Shown: in pieces, positions 24,873-33,876 of the stretch
How the letters are laid out: each line of letters starts with the position of its first letter
Position numbering within the stretch: position 1 is the stretch's first letter
From: Candidatus Nanoanaerosalina archaeon
GTDB lineage: Archaea > Nanohalarchaeota > Nanosalinia > Nanosalinales > Nanoanaerosalinaceae
DNA length: 36,658 nucleotides
Direction: 5' to 3'
Assembly (NCBI GenBank): GCA_022729275.1
Contig: JALDAH010000002.1
Location: forward strand, 1-36,658
Notes under the pieces: generated by a model
The model's database searches: none
What the model saw: the letters and a program-made list of their open reading frames with translations, nothing else
Told to the model about the DNA's origin: nothing
Translations under genes and position numbers: made by a program

Positions 24873-25618
24873 TCTCCTTCGTAAAGATATCCTTTTAGAA
24901 GATCTTTTTCTGAGAGCTCCTCAAAAATCGTTTCAATAGCCACTTTTTCGGTTTTTTTATCCTTGATCCTACCGATGATGGACGGTTCTATGATATAGAA
25001 ACCCGCATTTATTAGTTTTGTGGCGGCTTCTTCCGGTTTTTCTTTGAAACCCACAACTTTGTTCCCTTTCATATTAACCACACCGTACTTTGATGTGTCA
25101 TCGGTTGTCGTAAGCGCCATGGTAGCCTCAGGTCTGTTCTTCCTGTGTATTTTGAGCATATCTTCAACGTCTATATTGCAGATAACATCTCCGTTGGTAA
25201 GGATAAAAGTGTCTTTTAGATGTTCGCCTAGCTTCCTAAGACATCCTGCGGTTCCCAGGGGGTTATCTTCAACCGAGTAATATATAGTTAATCCGTACTT
25301 TTCCTCGTTTATTTTTTCTCTCATTTTTTCAGCGTCCTGATTGGTTGCGATGTATACAGTTTTTACCCCGGAATTTTCAAGATGTTTCAGTTTTTCATCT
25401 ATTATCTTGATGCTCTTTATTTTTTTTACACAGGAAGGCGTTTCTTCGCTACCTCCGCAAAGTATCACTGCTTTCTCGACCATTTTGCTTTTGAAATGTT
25501 CTTTTAGAAATTTTTCAATCGCTCTGGACCTGTTATTCATTTTTTTCTTTTCTTTTTCTCTGTCAATTCTTTCTACAAGCTCCTCATCCAGAGTTAGGGA
25601 AATCCTTTTTCTTGCCAT
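24851..25618 (-). CDS. ribbon-helix-helix (CopG-like) domain fused to a sugar-phosphate nucleotidyltransferase
   Basis: The N-terminus RKRISLTLDEELVERIDRE...NRSRAIEKFLKEH is RHH-like. The body carries NTP-transferase motifs (EDNPLGTAGCL, LTNGDVICNID, YGVV, EKP, INAGFYIIEP). The ATG at 25618 is preferred. Confidence 0.7.
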   Translation of the reverse strand: MARKRISLTLDEELVERIDREKEKKKMNNRSRAIEKFLKEHFKSKMVEKAVILCGGSEETPSCVKKIKSIKIIDEKLKHLENSGVKTVYIATNQDAEKMREKINEEKYGLTIYYSVEDNPLGTAGCLRKLGEHLKDTFILTNGDVICNIDVEDMLKIHRKNRPEATMALTTTDDTSKYGVVNMKGNKVVGFKEKPEEAATKLINAGFYIIEPSIIGRIKDKKTEKVAIETIFEELSEKDLLKGYLYEGEWKDFGN

Positions 25619-25707
25619 TATTATCAAGTAATAAGAATAAAAGGATTTAATAGATTAATGTATTATAGTCTTAAATATTAAAACGCTTTTAAGAGGAAAA
25701 TTCTTCA

Positions 25708-26781
25708 ATGAACCGAGAAAAAGCTTTATTCGTTAATCACATACATACAGAAGAGTCTGATAAAAGGATGTCTGAAAAGGAAGGTATATGGAACTATGGA
25801 GAGTTTAATCATTCTTCTGACCTCTTGAAAATAATTGAAAAATTGCCAGAAAACATAGATATTGTTTTTAACCTTACAGAACACTGGGGAAGCAATAATA
25901 AAAAGTACAAAAAAATGGAGAAAAGGATCGTAGAAAAGGGAGGTTCATTTGATTACCATGATAGACACGTCACATTGGAATTAGAAGGGAAAAGAGCAGC
26001 CATTATAAATTCAGTGGAGTTATCGGTGGAACATACTAACAGTCACTTTCTAATTTGTGGTCTGCCTTTAGATAACGATAGAAATTTTTTCCAGTTATCC
26101 TTTGAGGAATTTATTAAAGAAGCAGAAAAGGCAGAATTTGCAGCTCCCGCCCATCCGTTTACACCGCATTACAAGGTGCCTGATAGAATGCTCAACAGAT
26201 TTTATGAGGAGACAGTAACTAAGGGCATACCCACATTTATAGGGTTTTCATCGGGCTATACCAAGTTTTTTAATAGGGTGTCTCATGGAAAATATAGGAG
26301 GGTTCACGATTTCTTCAATGGAGTAGCTAAACTAAGATTTAAAGAGTTTTTGAACAGCTTAAACCCTTGGAAAAAACCGGAGAACTTAATCTCTATATCT
26401 AAAAAGTACGATGTTCCCATAGTTTCAGAAATGGACGTTCACAGCATATTACCTCAAAAATTGAATGGAGCGGGCTTGATCGAAAAAGAAACAATAGACG
26501 AACTTTTTGAAGGAAATATAAACACCGAAAAAATTTTGAACAATGAAATACTTTTATGGGACGATGTCAGGGAGGGGCTGTCATGGAAACAGTTTTTTGA
26601 AACATTTCCAGGACTGCTCTTTTTTTATCAACATGGTTTCTACAGGCCTTTTCTTCCATATACAGAGGATGAGTTTAAGGAGAAGTTTTATGAGTCATGC
26701 AAATCCCTTGAGAACATCTCATCTGAGGGTTTGGTTAAAAATTCTAGGGATTCTTACAGCCTTGCGAAAAAAATACTTTGA
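25708..26781 (+). CDS. hypothetical protein, possibly PHP-family metal-dependent phosphoesterase
   Basis: VNHIHTEESD, VEHTNSHFLICG and APAHPF resemble PHP His/Asp motifs. The call is weak. Confidence 0.35.
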   Translation: MNREKALFVNHIHTEESDKRMSEKEGIWNYGEFNHSSDLLKIIEKLPENIDIVFNLTEHWGSNNKKYKKMEKRIVEKGGSFDYHDRHVTLELEGKRAAIINSVELSVEHTNSHFLICGLPLDNDRNFFQLSFEEFIKEAEKAEFAAPAHPFTPHYKVPDRMLNRFYEETVTKGIPTFIGFSSGYTKFFNRVSHGKYRRVHDFFNGVAKLRFKEFLNSLNPWKKPENLISISKKYDVPIVSEMDVHSILPQKLNGAGLIEKETIDELFEGNINTEKILNNEILLWDDVREGLSWKQFFETFPGLLFFYQHGFYRPFLPYTEDEFKEKFYESCKSLENISSEGLVKNSRDSYSLAKKIL

Positions 26782-26810
26782 ACTGATTTATCAATTTTTG
26801 TACCGAACTG

Positions 26811-27248
26811 TTGTTTGTGGAACCTCAAAAAATTTTTGAAAAAATAGAGGAAGGAAACCACGTCCTTTTTAACGACAAGAAAAAACCTCTCAAGGTTTTA
26901 GAAAAATCGAATAAAAGGATTTTGTTGGAAGGCCCTAGAGGAGGTTTTTACCAGATTTTTAGGTCTGAAAGAGGCTTAGAAGTTTCAAAAAAAGATTCTA
27001 AAAGGTTTTCAAATGTCGTAAAAGATCTGAGGAAAACAGGAAGCTGGAAGAAAATTTCAGAAACGTTTTGGAAACACTCTGGGACAGGAGCTTCACTTGA
27101 ACTTGTTAAAAGAGAGACAGGTTTTTGGGATATTGAATTTGAAGGTTTTGAACCGGTCAAAGATCTTCCGGGATACGGGTTCATCAACAAAAATTATGCC
27201 AGGGAAGAGATTGACAAGATATTAAACAGGTATCCGGAAGGAAAGTAA
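26811..27248 (+). CDS. hypothetical protein (145 aa)
   Basis: An ORF with non-repetitive composition and a TTG or GTG start. No family was recognised. Confidence 0.45.
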   Translation: MFVEPQKIFEKIEEGNHVLFNDKKKPLKVLEKSNKRILLEGPRGGFYQIFRSERGLEVSKKDSKRFSNVVKDLRKTGSWKKISETFWKHSGTGASLELVKRETGFWDIEFEGFEPVKDLPGYGFINKNYAREEIDKILNRYPEGK

Positions 27249-27329
27249 TTTTTTATTGTTTGTTAAACGTTTTTTATGGACGGGTGAAAAACTTAAATAT
27301 TGGCAGTTAATTAAGAAAAGTTGATAAAT

Positions 27330-30300
27330 ATGTCTTTCAAGCCCAGAAAAATACAGTCGGAGATATCGAAGTACTGGAAGGAGAACAATATAGTTGAGAA
27401 AGTAAGGAAGTCTACTGAGGGAAACGAAGAATTCATTCTTATAGACGGCCCGCCGTATCTTAACGGAGCACCACATGTAGGACATATGCAGGGAAAGGTT
27501 TTGAAAGATGTTATGCTTCGGTTCAGGCAGATGCAGGGTTTCGATGTTTGGGATCAGGCAGGTTTTGACACTCATGGTTTACCGAACGAACTTGCTACAG
27601 AGGAAGAGCTGGGTATAGAAGACAAAAACGAGATAGGCAAGTCTATTTCACCGGAAGAATTTATAAAACAGTGTAGAGAAAGAGCAACATCAGCTCAGGA
27701 TTTGTGGATAGGTGTTATGGAAGACTTAGCTATATGGCAGGACTTCAGGAACCCTTATCTTACCTTTACCAATGATTACATAGAAAGCGAGTGGTGGCTT
27801 GTGAAGGAAGCTCATCGTCAAGACCTTCTTTTTCAGGCAAAAAAGCCAATTCACTGGTGTCCCAGGTGTCAGACATCTCTTTCGGGTTATGAAGTAACTG
27901 ATGAGTACAGGGAGGTAGAAGATACCTCCATATTCGTCAAGTTTCCACTTGATAACCGGGAGGAGAAAGTCCTGATATGGACTACCACTCCCTGGACGGT
28001 GCCAGCCAACATGGCGGTTTTCGTACACCCTGATTTTGATTATTCCATAGTGAAAGTAGATGACGAGAAAATTATAATAGCGACGCAGCTTGTTGATAAA
28101 GTTATGGAACAAGCAGGATATGATGAGGAGGAATACGAGGTTTTGGACAGTTTTGAAGGATTGCAGTTGCAGGGTAAGAAATACCGTCATCCATTTGTCG
28201 ATGAGATACCCAAGCAGAAAGATCTCGATAAAAAGGACAAGGTTCACAGGATACATGTATCGGAAGAACTTGTTACTTTAGAAGAAGGTACAGGACTTGT
28301 TCATGCTGCTTCAGGACACGGACAGGAGGATTATGAAGAAGCAATAAAACTCGATATACCTGTTTACTCTCCTGTTGATAAAGAGGGTATTTATACTGCA
28401 GAGGCAGGAATTTTTGAGGGCAAGATGGTTTTCGATGCTGAAGAACACATAAACACCAAGCTTCAAGAAAAAGGCTTGATGTTTCATTCTGAAAAGTACA
28501 GTCATGAGTATCCTCACTGCTGGAGGTGCAAGACCAAACTGGTTTACAGGGCTGAAAAACAGTGGTTCATTGAGAACAAGGAGACAAAAAGAAGAATTCT
28601 GGAAGAAACCGAAAAAGTTGACTGGGTTCCTGAACACGTAAGGAAAAGATTTAAGAACTTTGTAGAAAAAAGCCCTGACTGGTGTATTTCCAGACAAAAC
28701 TACTGGGGAACTCCCGTACCCGTATGGATATGTGAAGAATGTGGAGAGGAAGAAGTTGTCGGAAGCTTTGAAGAACTTGAAAAACTAGCAGGACAACTTC
28801 CTAAGGATTTTGACCCTCATAAACACGTTGTTGATAAAATAAAATGGGGATGTAATTGTGGAGGAACTTTTGAAAGAGTTGAGGACATTCTAGATGTTTG
28901 GTTTGATTCTGGTTGCGCCCCGTTCGCTTCGATGCACTATCCTTTTGATGATGTACCGGAGGACAGATTTCCTGTTGATTTTATAACAGAAGCATCAGAT
29001 CAGATAAGAGGGTGGTTTTACTCCCTTATGTTCTGTGGAATACTAGGATTTGACGTCAGGCAGTTTGAAAAAGTGCTTTTTCAGGCGCACGTCCTTGATG
29101 AAGAGGGTAAAAAAATGTCGAAATCACTGGGCAACGTGGTGGACCCTGTAGAACAGGTCGAAAAATATGGTTCGGACATTCCTCGTTTTTACTCCATGTG
29201 GGTCGCCGCTCCATGGGAACAGACCAAATACGATGAAAAAGAGATAGAGGATGAAATTTACAGGATGTTTTCCGTGTTTTACAACACCAAGGAATTTTTG
29301 GTTACCTACGTTGACAGTAAAGAAGTAAAGAACAGAAAGGAACTGAAGGAAGAGGACAGATGGATGCTATCGAAGCTCAACCATCTGGTGGAAAACGTCT
29401 CCGAGAACATGGAAAAATGCAAGTTTCATCAAGTTACAAGGGATTTGGAGAAGTTCATACTTGAAGATCTTTCAAGATGGTATGTTAAAGTTGTGAGGCC
29501 CAGGGTCAAGAGAGGAGATGAAGCAGCAGTATGGACTCTGATGAAAACAGTCAGAAAAACAAACCTTCTTCTAGCTCCTTTAGCGCCTTACACCTCCGAG
29601 AAAGTATATCAGGAGCTTGGGGGCGAAAAAGAATCAGTTCACATGGAGGGACACCCCATAACAGAGGAAAGTTTTTTGGATAAAACTCTTGAAGACTCGA
29701 TGAAGATAGTCAGAGAAATCGTGGAAAATGCGATCAAGATAAGGGACGAAAAACAGTACAGCCTCAGGTGGCCGGCTAAAGAGATTATAATATCTGCGGA
29801 TGACGAGGTCAAGTACGATTTACAGGGAATGGAACACATAATAAAGGAGATGGCCAACGTTGAATCTTTCAAGTTCGGAGAAGTATCTACTTCCTTAAAA
29901 GCCGAACCTGATTATTCAAGAATAGGTCCCAAATTCGGTAAAAAAGCTGAAAAGGTCGCTGACATGATCAGAAAACTCGAGCATGACAAGTTAGAGCAAT
30001 TGAATGATACAGGCACAATTAGGATAGACGGATTTGAAATAGCGGACGAAGACGTTGAGATAACTAAAAAAACATCCGAGAACGTAAAGGGCAAGGAATT
30101 TGAGGGAGGAAGAATATTCATGGATCTTAACATGACCGAAAAAGTGAAGAACAAGGCTTTTGTAAGTGAAGTTATAAGAGCCATACAGCAGAAGAGAAAG
30201 GAGGAAGATCTCGATGTGTCGGACCAAGTTGACCTATCTTTTGTTGGAGATTTCGATCCACTGAAGTCCAATGAGGAATTTTTGAGGGAAAGGATAAATC

Positions 30301-30398
30301 TGAATGAAGTCAATTATGGAGAAGACCGTTATAAATATGGAGGAGAAGTAGAGTTCAAGGGAAGAAACATAAGTTTTTCTTTTTCCGAACCCGTTTGA
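27330..30398 (+). CDS. ileS: isoleucyl-tRNA synthetase
   Basis: It has the class I HIGH-type motif (PPYLNGAPHVGH), KMSKS (GKKMSKSLGN), a CP1 editing insertion and Cys pairs (CPRC, CWRC, CEEC). Length is about 1020 aa. Confidence 0.95.
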   Translation: MSFKPRKIQSEISKYWKENNIVEKVRKSTEGNEEFILIDGPPYLNGAPHVGHMQGKVLKDVMLRFRQMQGFDVWDQAGFDTHGLPNELATEEELGIEDKNEIGKSISPEEFIKQCRERATSAQDLWIGVMEDLAIWQDFRNPYLTFTNDYIESEWWLVKEAHRQDLLFQAKKPIHWCPRCQTSLSGYEVTDEYREVEDTSIFVKFPLDNREEKVLIWTTTPWTVPANMAVFVHPDFDYSIVKVDDEKIIIATQLVDKVMEQAGYDEEEYEVLDSFEGLQLQGKKYRHPFVDEIPKQKDLDKKDKVHRIHVSEELVTLEEGTGLVHAASGHGQEDYEEAIKLDIPVYSPVDKEGIYTAEAGIFEGKMVFDAEEHINTKLQEKGLMFHSEKYSHEYPHCWRCKTKLVYRAEKQWFIENKETKRRILEETEKVDWVPEHVRKRFKNFVEKSPDWCISRQNYWGTPVPVWICEECGEEEVVGSFEELEKLAGQLPKDFDPHKHVVDKIKWGCNCGGTFERVEDILDVWFDSGCAPFASMHYPFDDVPEDRFPVDFITEASDQIRGWFYSLMFCGILGFDVRQFEKVLFQAHVLDEEGKKMSKSLGNVVDPVEQVEKYGSDIPRFYSMWVAAPWEQTKYDEKEIEDEIYRMFSVFYNTKEFLVTYVDSKEVKNRKELKEEDRWMLSKLNHLVENVSENMEKCKFHQVTRDLEKFILEDLSRWYVKVVRPRVKRGDEAAVWTLMKTVRKTNLLLAPLAPYTSEKVYQELGGEKESVHMEGHPITEESFLDKTLEDSMKIVREIVENAIKIRDEKQYSLRWPAKEIIISADDEVKYDLQGMEHIIKEMANVESFKFGEVSTSLKAEPDYSRIGPKFGKKAEKVADMIRKLEHDKLEQLNDTGTIRIDGFEIADEDVEITKKTSENVKGKEFEGGRIFMDLNMTEKVKNKAFVSEVIRAIQQKRKEEDLDVSDQVDLSFVGDFDPLKSNEEFLRERINLNEVNYGEDRYKYGGEVEFKGRNISFSFSEPV

Positions 30399-30415
30399 AT
30401 GAAAGGTGTTTCGCT

Positions 30416-30865
30416 ATGAACGAACTGGAACTTTTTATTGAACAGAGGAGTATAGATGCAGAAGTGATAGAATTAAACGGAAAGACCAATACCGTGTCAC
30501 AGGCAGCCAGCTCTCTGAACACAGACAAGAAAAACATAATAAAGAGCTTGGTCATCAAAGCAGGAGAAGAAAAAATTGTTACTGTGTTAAGAGGGGACAA
30601 AAGAGCTGATTTTGAAAGAATAGCTGAAGAATTCGAAGTCGAAGATGTGAATATGGCTTCAAGGAAGGAAGTTAAGAGGGTGACAGGATATGATGTTGGA
30701 GAGGTACCTCCTGTGGGCACAGGTCTGAAAAAAGTTGTTGACAAAGAGGTACTTGAGAGAGATATTGTTTTCGGTGGAGGCGGGGGCAGAAAGAAGATGA
30801 TAAAGATCGACCCAAGGTTTATAGTGGATGAGGACACAGTTGTTTCAAAAGTTAGCGAGGATTGA
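30416..30865 (+). CDS. YbaK/ProX-like aminoacyl-tRNA trans-editing deacylase
   Basis: SLVIKAG..IVTVLRGDKRADFERIA...VTGYDVGEVPPVG...VFGGGG fits the YbaK/EbsC fold pattern. GAAAGGTG lies upstream of the ATG at 30416. Confidence 0.65.
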   Translation: MNELELFIEQRSIDAEVIELNGKTNTVSQAASSLNTDKKNIIKSLVIKAGEEKIVTVLRGDKRADFERIAEEFEVEDVNMASRKEVKRVTGYDVGEVPPVGTGLKKVVDKEVLERDIVFGGGGGRKKMIKIDPRFIVDEDTVVSKVSED

Positions 30866-30867
30866 AA

Positions 30868-31968
30868 ATGTACGAGGAAGCAGTAGATTATTTGAACGAA
30901 TTAACGGAAGACGACAGAATACTCGTGGTTAATCACTGGGATATGGATGGTTCTTGTTCGGCGGCCATAATCTCCAAAATTCTCGAAGAAGTTAGGGGAA
31001 AAGGAGCTGATTTTGTAAAAGTTCCAGAAGGAAGAAAACATTTCATTGGAGAAGAAACCGAGAGACTGGTAAAAAGAAAAGATCTGAACAAGTTGATAGT
31101 TTTGGATATAAGTGTTCCAGCTCAAAGAGTGTCCGAATTATCTGGAAAATTAGGTCTCGACGTTCTTGTCATAGACCACCATGATTTCGACAGAGATCCT
31201 GATAAAGGAATACTTGTAAATCCTAGAAAGCAAAATCCAGACATATATATTCCTGCATCAAAGCTTTGCAACGATATTTCAAAGAGATTTGGAATGGATC
31301 TTGACTGGATAGCAGGACTTGGCATAATACAGGATTTTGGTGTTAATCAGGCAATGGGGTTGTTTGAGAAACTTAAAAGGCTGCATCCTAAGTATTTTCC
31401 GTCCAATCTAAGCCAGTACAACCTAGCCAAGAACTGCAGATATGGTACATACAGTTCTGTTATGAATGTTAAACCTTATAAAAATACTAACAGATGTTCA
31501 AACCTTGCTTTCAGGGTTTTAACGGAGTCAAGAGGACTAAAATATATTGAAAGCCATGAGGGTTACAAGGAGCTGTATAAATGCTATGAAAATGTAAGCG
31601 AAGAAATCGAGAACATAAAAAAGAATTTTGATGAAAACAGAGAAGTTTTCGAGGATAAAAAACTTGTTTTCTTTACATTTAAATCTCCTTACCACATCAA
31701 TTCTTCTCTTGCAACACAGATATCAGTTGAGAAGAAGGAATGGGCTTTCATAACTTTCAGAGTATTCAACGGAAATGTCAATGTGTCATCAAGATGCCAG
31801 TCCGGCAGGATAAACCTGGGCAAAATACTGAAAAACGCATTGACTCCAGACATAGCAAAAGATGCAGAGGCAGGAGGCCACAGAAAGGCTGCAGGCGCCT
31901 CATTATATAAAAAACACCTTTCTAAATTTAAGGAAAACATCCTGAAGCATATGCCTGACACCGAATAG
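30868..31968 (+). CDS. DHH/DHHA1-family phosphoesterase (NrnA/RecJ-like)
   Basis: It has the motifs NHWDMDGSCS, VIDHHD and GGHRKAAG. The ATG lies 2 nt after the ybaK-like stop. Confidence 0.8.
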   Translation: MYEEAVDYLNELTEDDRILVVNHWDMDGSCSAAIISKILEEVRGKGADFVKVPEGRKHFIGEETERLVKRKDLNKLIVLDISVPAQRVSELSGKLGLDVLVIDHHDFDRDPDKGILVNPRKQNPDIYIPASKLCNDISKRFGMDLDWIAGLGIIQDFGVNQAMGLFEKLKRLHPKYFPSNLSQYNLAKNCRYGTYSSVMNVKPYKNTNRCSNLAFRVLTESRGLKYIESHEGYKELYKCYENVSEEIENIKKNFDENREVFEDKKLVFFTFKSPYHINSSLATQISVEKKEWAFITFRVFNGNVNVSSRCQSGRINLGKILKNALTPDIAKDAEAGGHRKAAGASLYKKHLSKFKENILKHMPDTE

Positions 31969-32013
31969 GCGCAAGATTAATATTATTAAGCGTAGGAAAC
32001 AAATCTTTTTCTG

Positions 32014-33216
32014 ATGAAGAGACTGGAGATAACGGTTCCCAAGAAAAAAACGGAACACATAGAGGGCGTAGTAAAGGATTTCTGTGACGACGTTACCTAT
32101 AACAATGTTGAGAAGGATAAAGGCGATTTTGTGCAGTTTCAGGTGGTTGTAACGCCTGAAAATATAGACGAGCTTATAGAAAAAGTCAGGCATGTCAAGG
32201 AGATCAAATCAGGAGAGCTCACAATCGATATTTTGGAGGAGTCAGCAAAGATAAAAAAAGGAAGGAAGATGGAGCATGTGTCTTCTAAAATGTCTACGCA
32301 GGAGATGTATTCAAAGGCACTGTCTTTTACACGTTTCGACATGGTTTCTTGGATTTTGATAATGCTATCGGCAGGAATAGCTGTTTTTGGAATAATGCTT
32401 GAAAACATTATGGTTGTTGTTGGAGCCATGGTTATAGCACCGCTTATAGGGCCTTTTATTTCCACTTCCTTTGGTTTTGTCATTGGAGATAGAAGGATAA
32501 TTAAGGACAGCTTTCTCAATGCGATATTCGGAGTTTTTCTGGCAGTAGCAATAGCCTTTATCATACCAAAACCTGGTTTTAATGAACCCAATTCTTTAAT
32601 GTCTTTAATAGCTAACCCCACCCTCATAATGGTCCCTCTTTCTATTTTTGTAGGTTCGGCATCAGCCTTGACCTTTTTATCAGGTAACAAGGAACAACTT
32701 GCAGGAGTTGCGGTTGCTATCGCATTGGTGCCTCCGGCAGCTGTTTCTGGAATTTCCCTTTCCATAGGGGCGATGTCCGCATTTTTGAACTCTCTTGTTG
32801 TTATACTGACAAATATGACGGCTTTGATACTGGCAGGATCCCTGACATTTAAGGTGATTGGGATATCCCCATCAACTTATTACAGGAAAAAAGTCTCGCA
32901 GAAAAAACTCCGACAAGCAATAATGATATCTGCTTTTTCCATGATTTTTATAACCGTGTTTCTGGGTTATCTGACGGTTCAAAACATCAGGACTACGGAC
33001 ATAAATGCGGAAATGGAATCTATAATTGATTCCAACTTTGCTGACGATATATTGATGAGAGATATCACTATATCAGAGCAGCAGGTTCATATAGAGATAG
33101 TGGCCATAAATCCTGATGTAAGTGTGAAAGGTCTAGAAGAGGAGTTGAGGGCTGCTACTAACCGAAAGGTATCTGTTGATTTGGTAGCGGTTCAGGCAGA
33201 AAAGATCGAGGATTGA
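32014..33216 (+). CDS. DUF389 (TIGR00341-type) membrane protein
   Basis: A soluble N-terminal domain is followed by RFDMVSWILIMLSAGIAVFGIMLENIMVVVGAMVIAPLIGP, the hallmark DUF389 segment, and further TM helices. Confidence 0.7.
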   Translation: MKRLEITVPKKKTEHIEGVVKDFCDDVTYNNVEKDKGDFVQFQVVVTPENIDELIEKVRHVKEIKSGELTIDILEESAKIKKGRKMEHVSSKMSTQEMYSKALSFTRFDMVSWILIMLSAGIAVFGIMLENIMVVVGAMVIAPLIGPFISTSFGFVIGDRRIIKDSFLNAIFGVFLAVAIAFIIPKPGFNEPNSLMSLIANPTLIMVPLSIFVGSASALTFLSGNKEQLAGVAVAIALVPPAAVSGISLSIGAMSAFLNSLVVILTNMTALILAGSLTFKVIGISPSTYYRKKVSQKKLRQAIMISAFSMIFITVFLGYLTVQNIRTTDINAEMESIIDSNFADDILMRDITISEQQVHIEIVAINPDVSVKGLEEELRAATNRKVSVDLVAVQAEKIED

Positions 33217-33219
33217 AGT

Positions 33220-33873
33220 TCACTTTTTCTTTAACAGGTATATCCTGTGGTCCTTTTCAAACGGCTCCAGATCTTTTTTCCAGACAATATCGAAATTTCT
33301 TGAAAGTTTTTTCTCCTGCTCCTCAAAGATCTTCTTTTTAGATTCCGATGAGGATATGGACCTGGATTTTATGGCAAGAATGCCGGTTCCTTTGTCTTTA
33401 AGAAAAACTTCGCAGTTTTTTCGAAATATTTTAGTTTGATCCGGCTGCGCAACATCCTGGAACACAAGATCAACTGTGTCAACTATCCCGCTGTATTCTT
33501 CAGGGTTCCTAGCATCCCCTAAAATAGGGCAAAGATTATCACGGTTCTTAGAAGTTCTCAATAAATCGTTGACAACTTTATTGGAGTACTCCACACCAAA
33601 AACTACGCCTTTTTCCACTATATCTGATACATGAGATACGGTTGTTCCCGAAGCAGCTCCAAGGTAAAGCACCTTCGAATCCTTTTTTATCCCTGTTTCC
33701 GGGATTTGTTTGGCTATCGCTGCTCCTAGTTTCGATTTACTCGGATCCCACTCTCTCATCTCGCCTATATCTGTTTCTACAAACTTTTCAGTGTATGCTT
33801 TCTCTCCTTTAACAAGGTTCTTTGTGTATATCTTTTTGCCTTTGCTCCAGATGTTTGGATATGTTTCTTTCAT
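33220..33873 (-). CDS. flpA: fibrillarin, C/D box sRNP rRNA/tRNA 2'-O-methyltransferase
   Basis: It has the SAM-binding motif VLYLGAASGTTVSHVSDIV and a length of 217 aa. It lies immediately downstream of nop5. Confidence 0.92.
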   Translation of the reverse strand: MKETYPNIWSKGKKIYTKNLVKGEKAYTEKFVETDIGEMREWDPSKSKLGAAIAKQIPETGIKKDSKVLYLGAASGTTVSHVSDIVEKGVVFGVEYSNKVVNDLLRTSKNRDNLCPILGDARNPEEYSGIVDTVDLVFQDVAQPDQTKIFRKNCEVFLKDKGTGILAIKSRSISSSESKKKIFEEQEKKLSRNFDIVWKKDLEPFEKDHRIYLLKKK

Positions 33874-33876
33874 CTC

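Noticed and set aside
27726-30837. Several 77-176 aa minus-strand ORFs inside ileS and the YbaK-like gene (27726-28256, 28311-28697, 29639-29872, 29912-30313, 29991-30227, 30355-30837)
   Set aside because: All are antisense to genes with strong signatures (HIGH/KMSKS, YbaK pattern). Their translations are low-complexity S/L/F-rich.
32139-32765. 208-aa minus-strand ORF antisense to the DUF389 gene
   Set aside because: It is a shadow ORF. The plus-strand frame carries the hallmark DUF389 segment.
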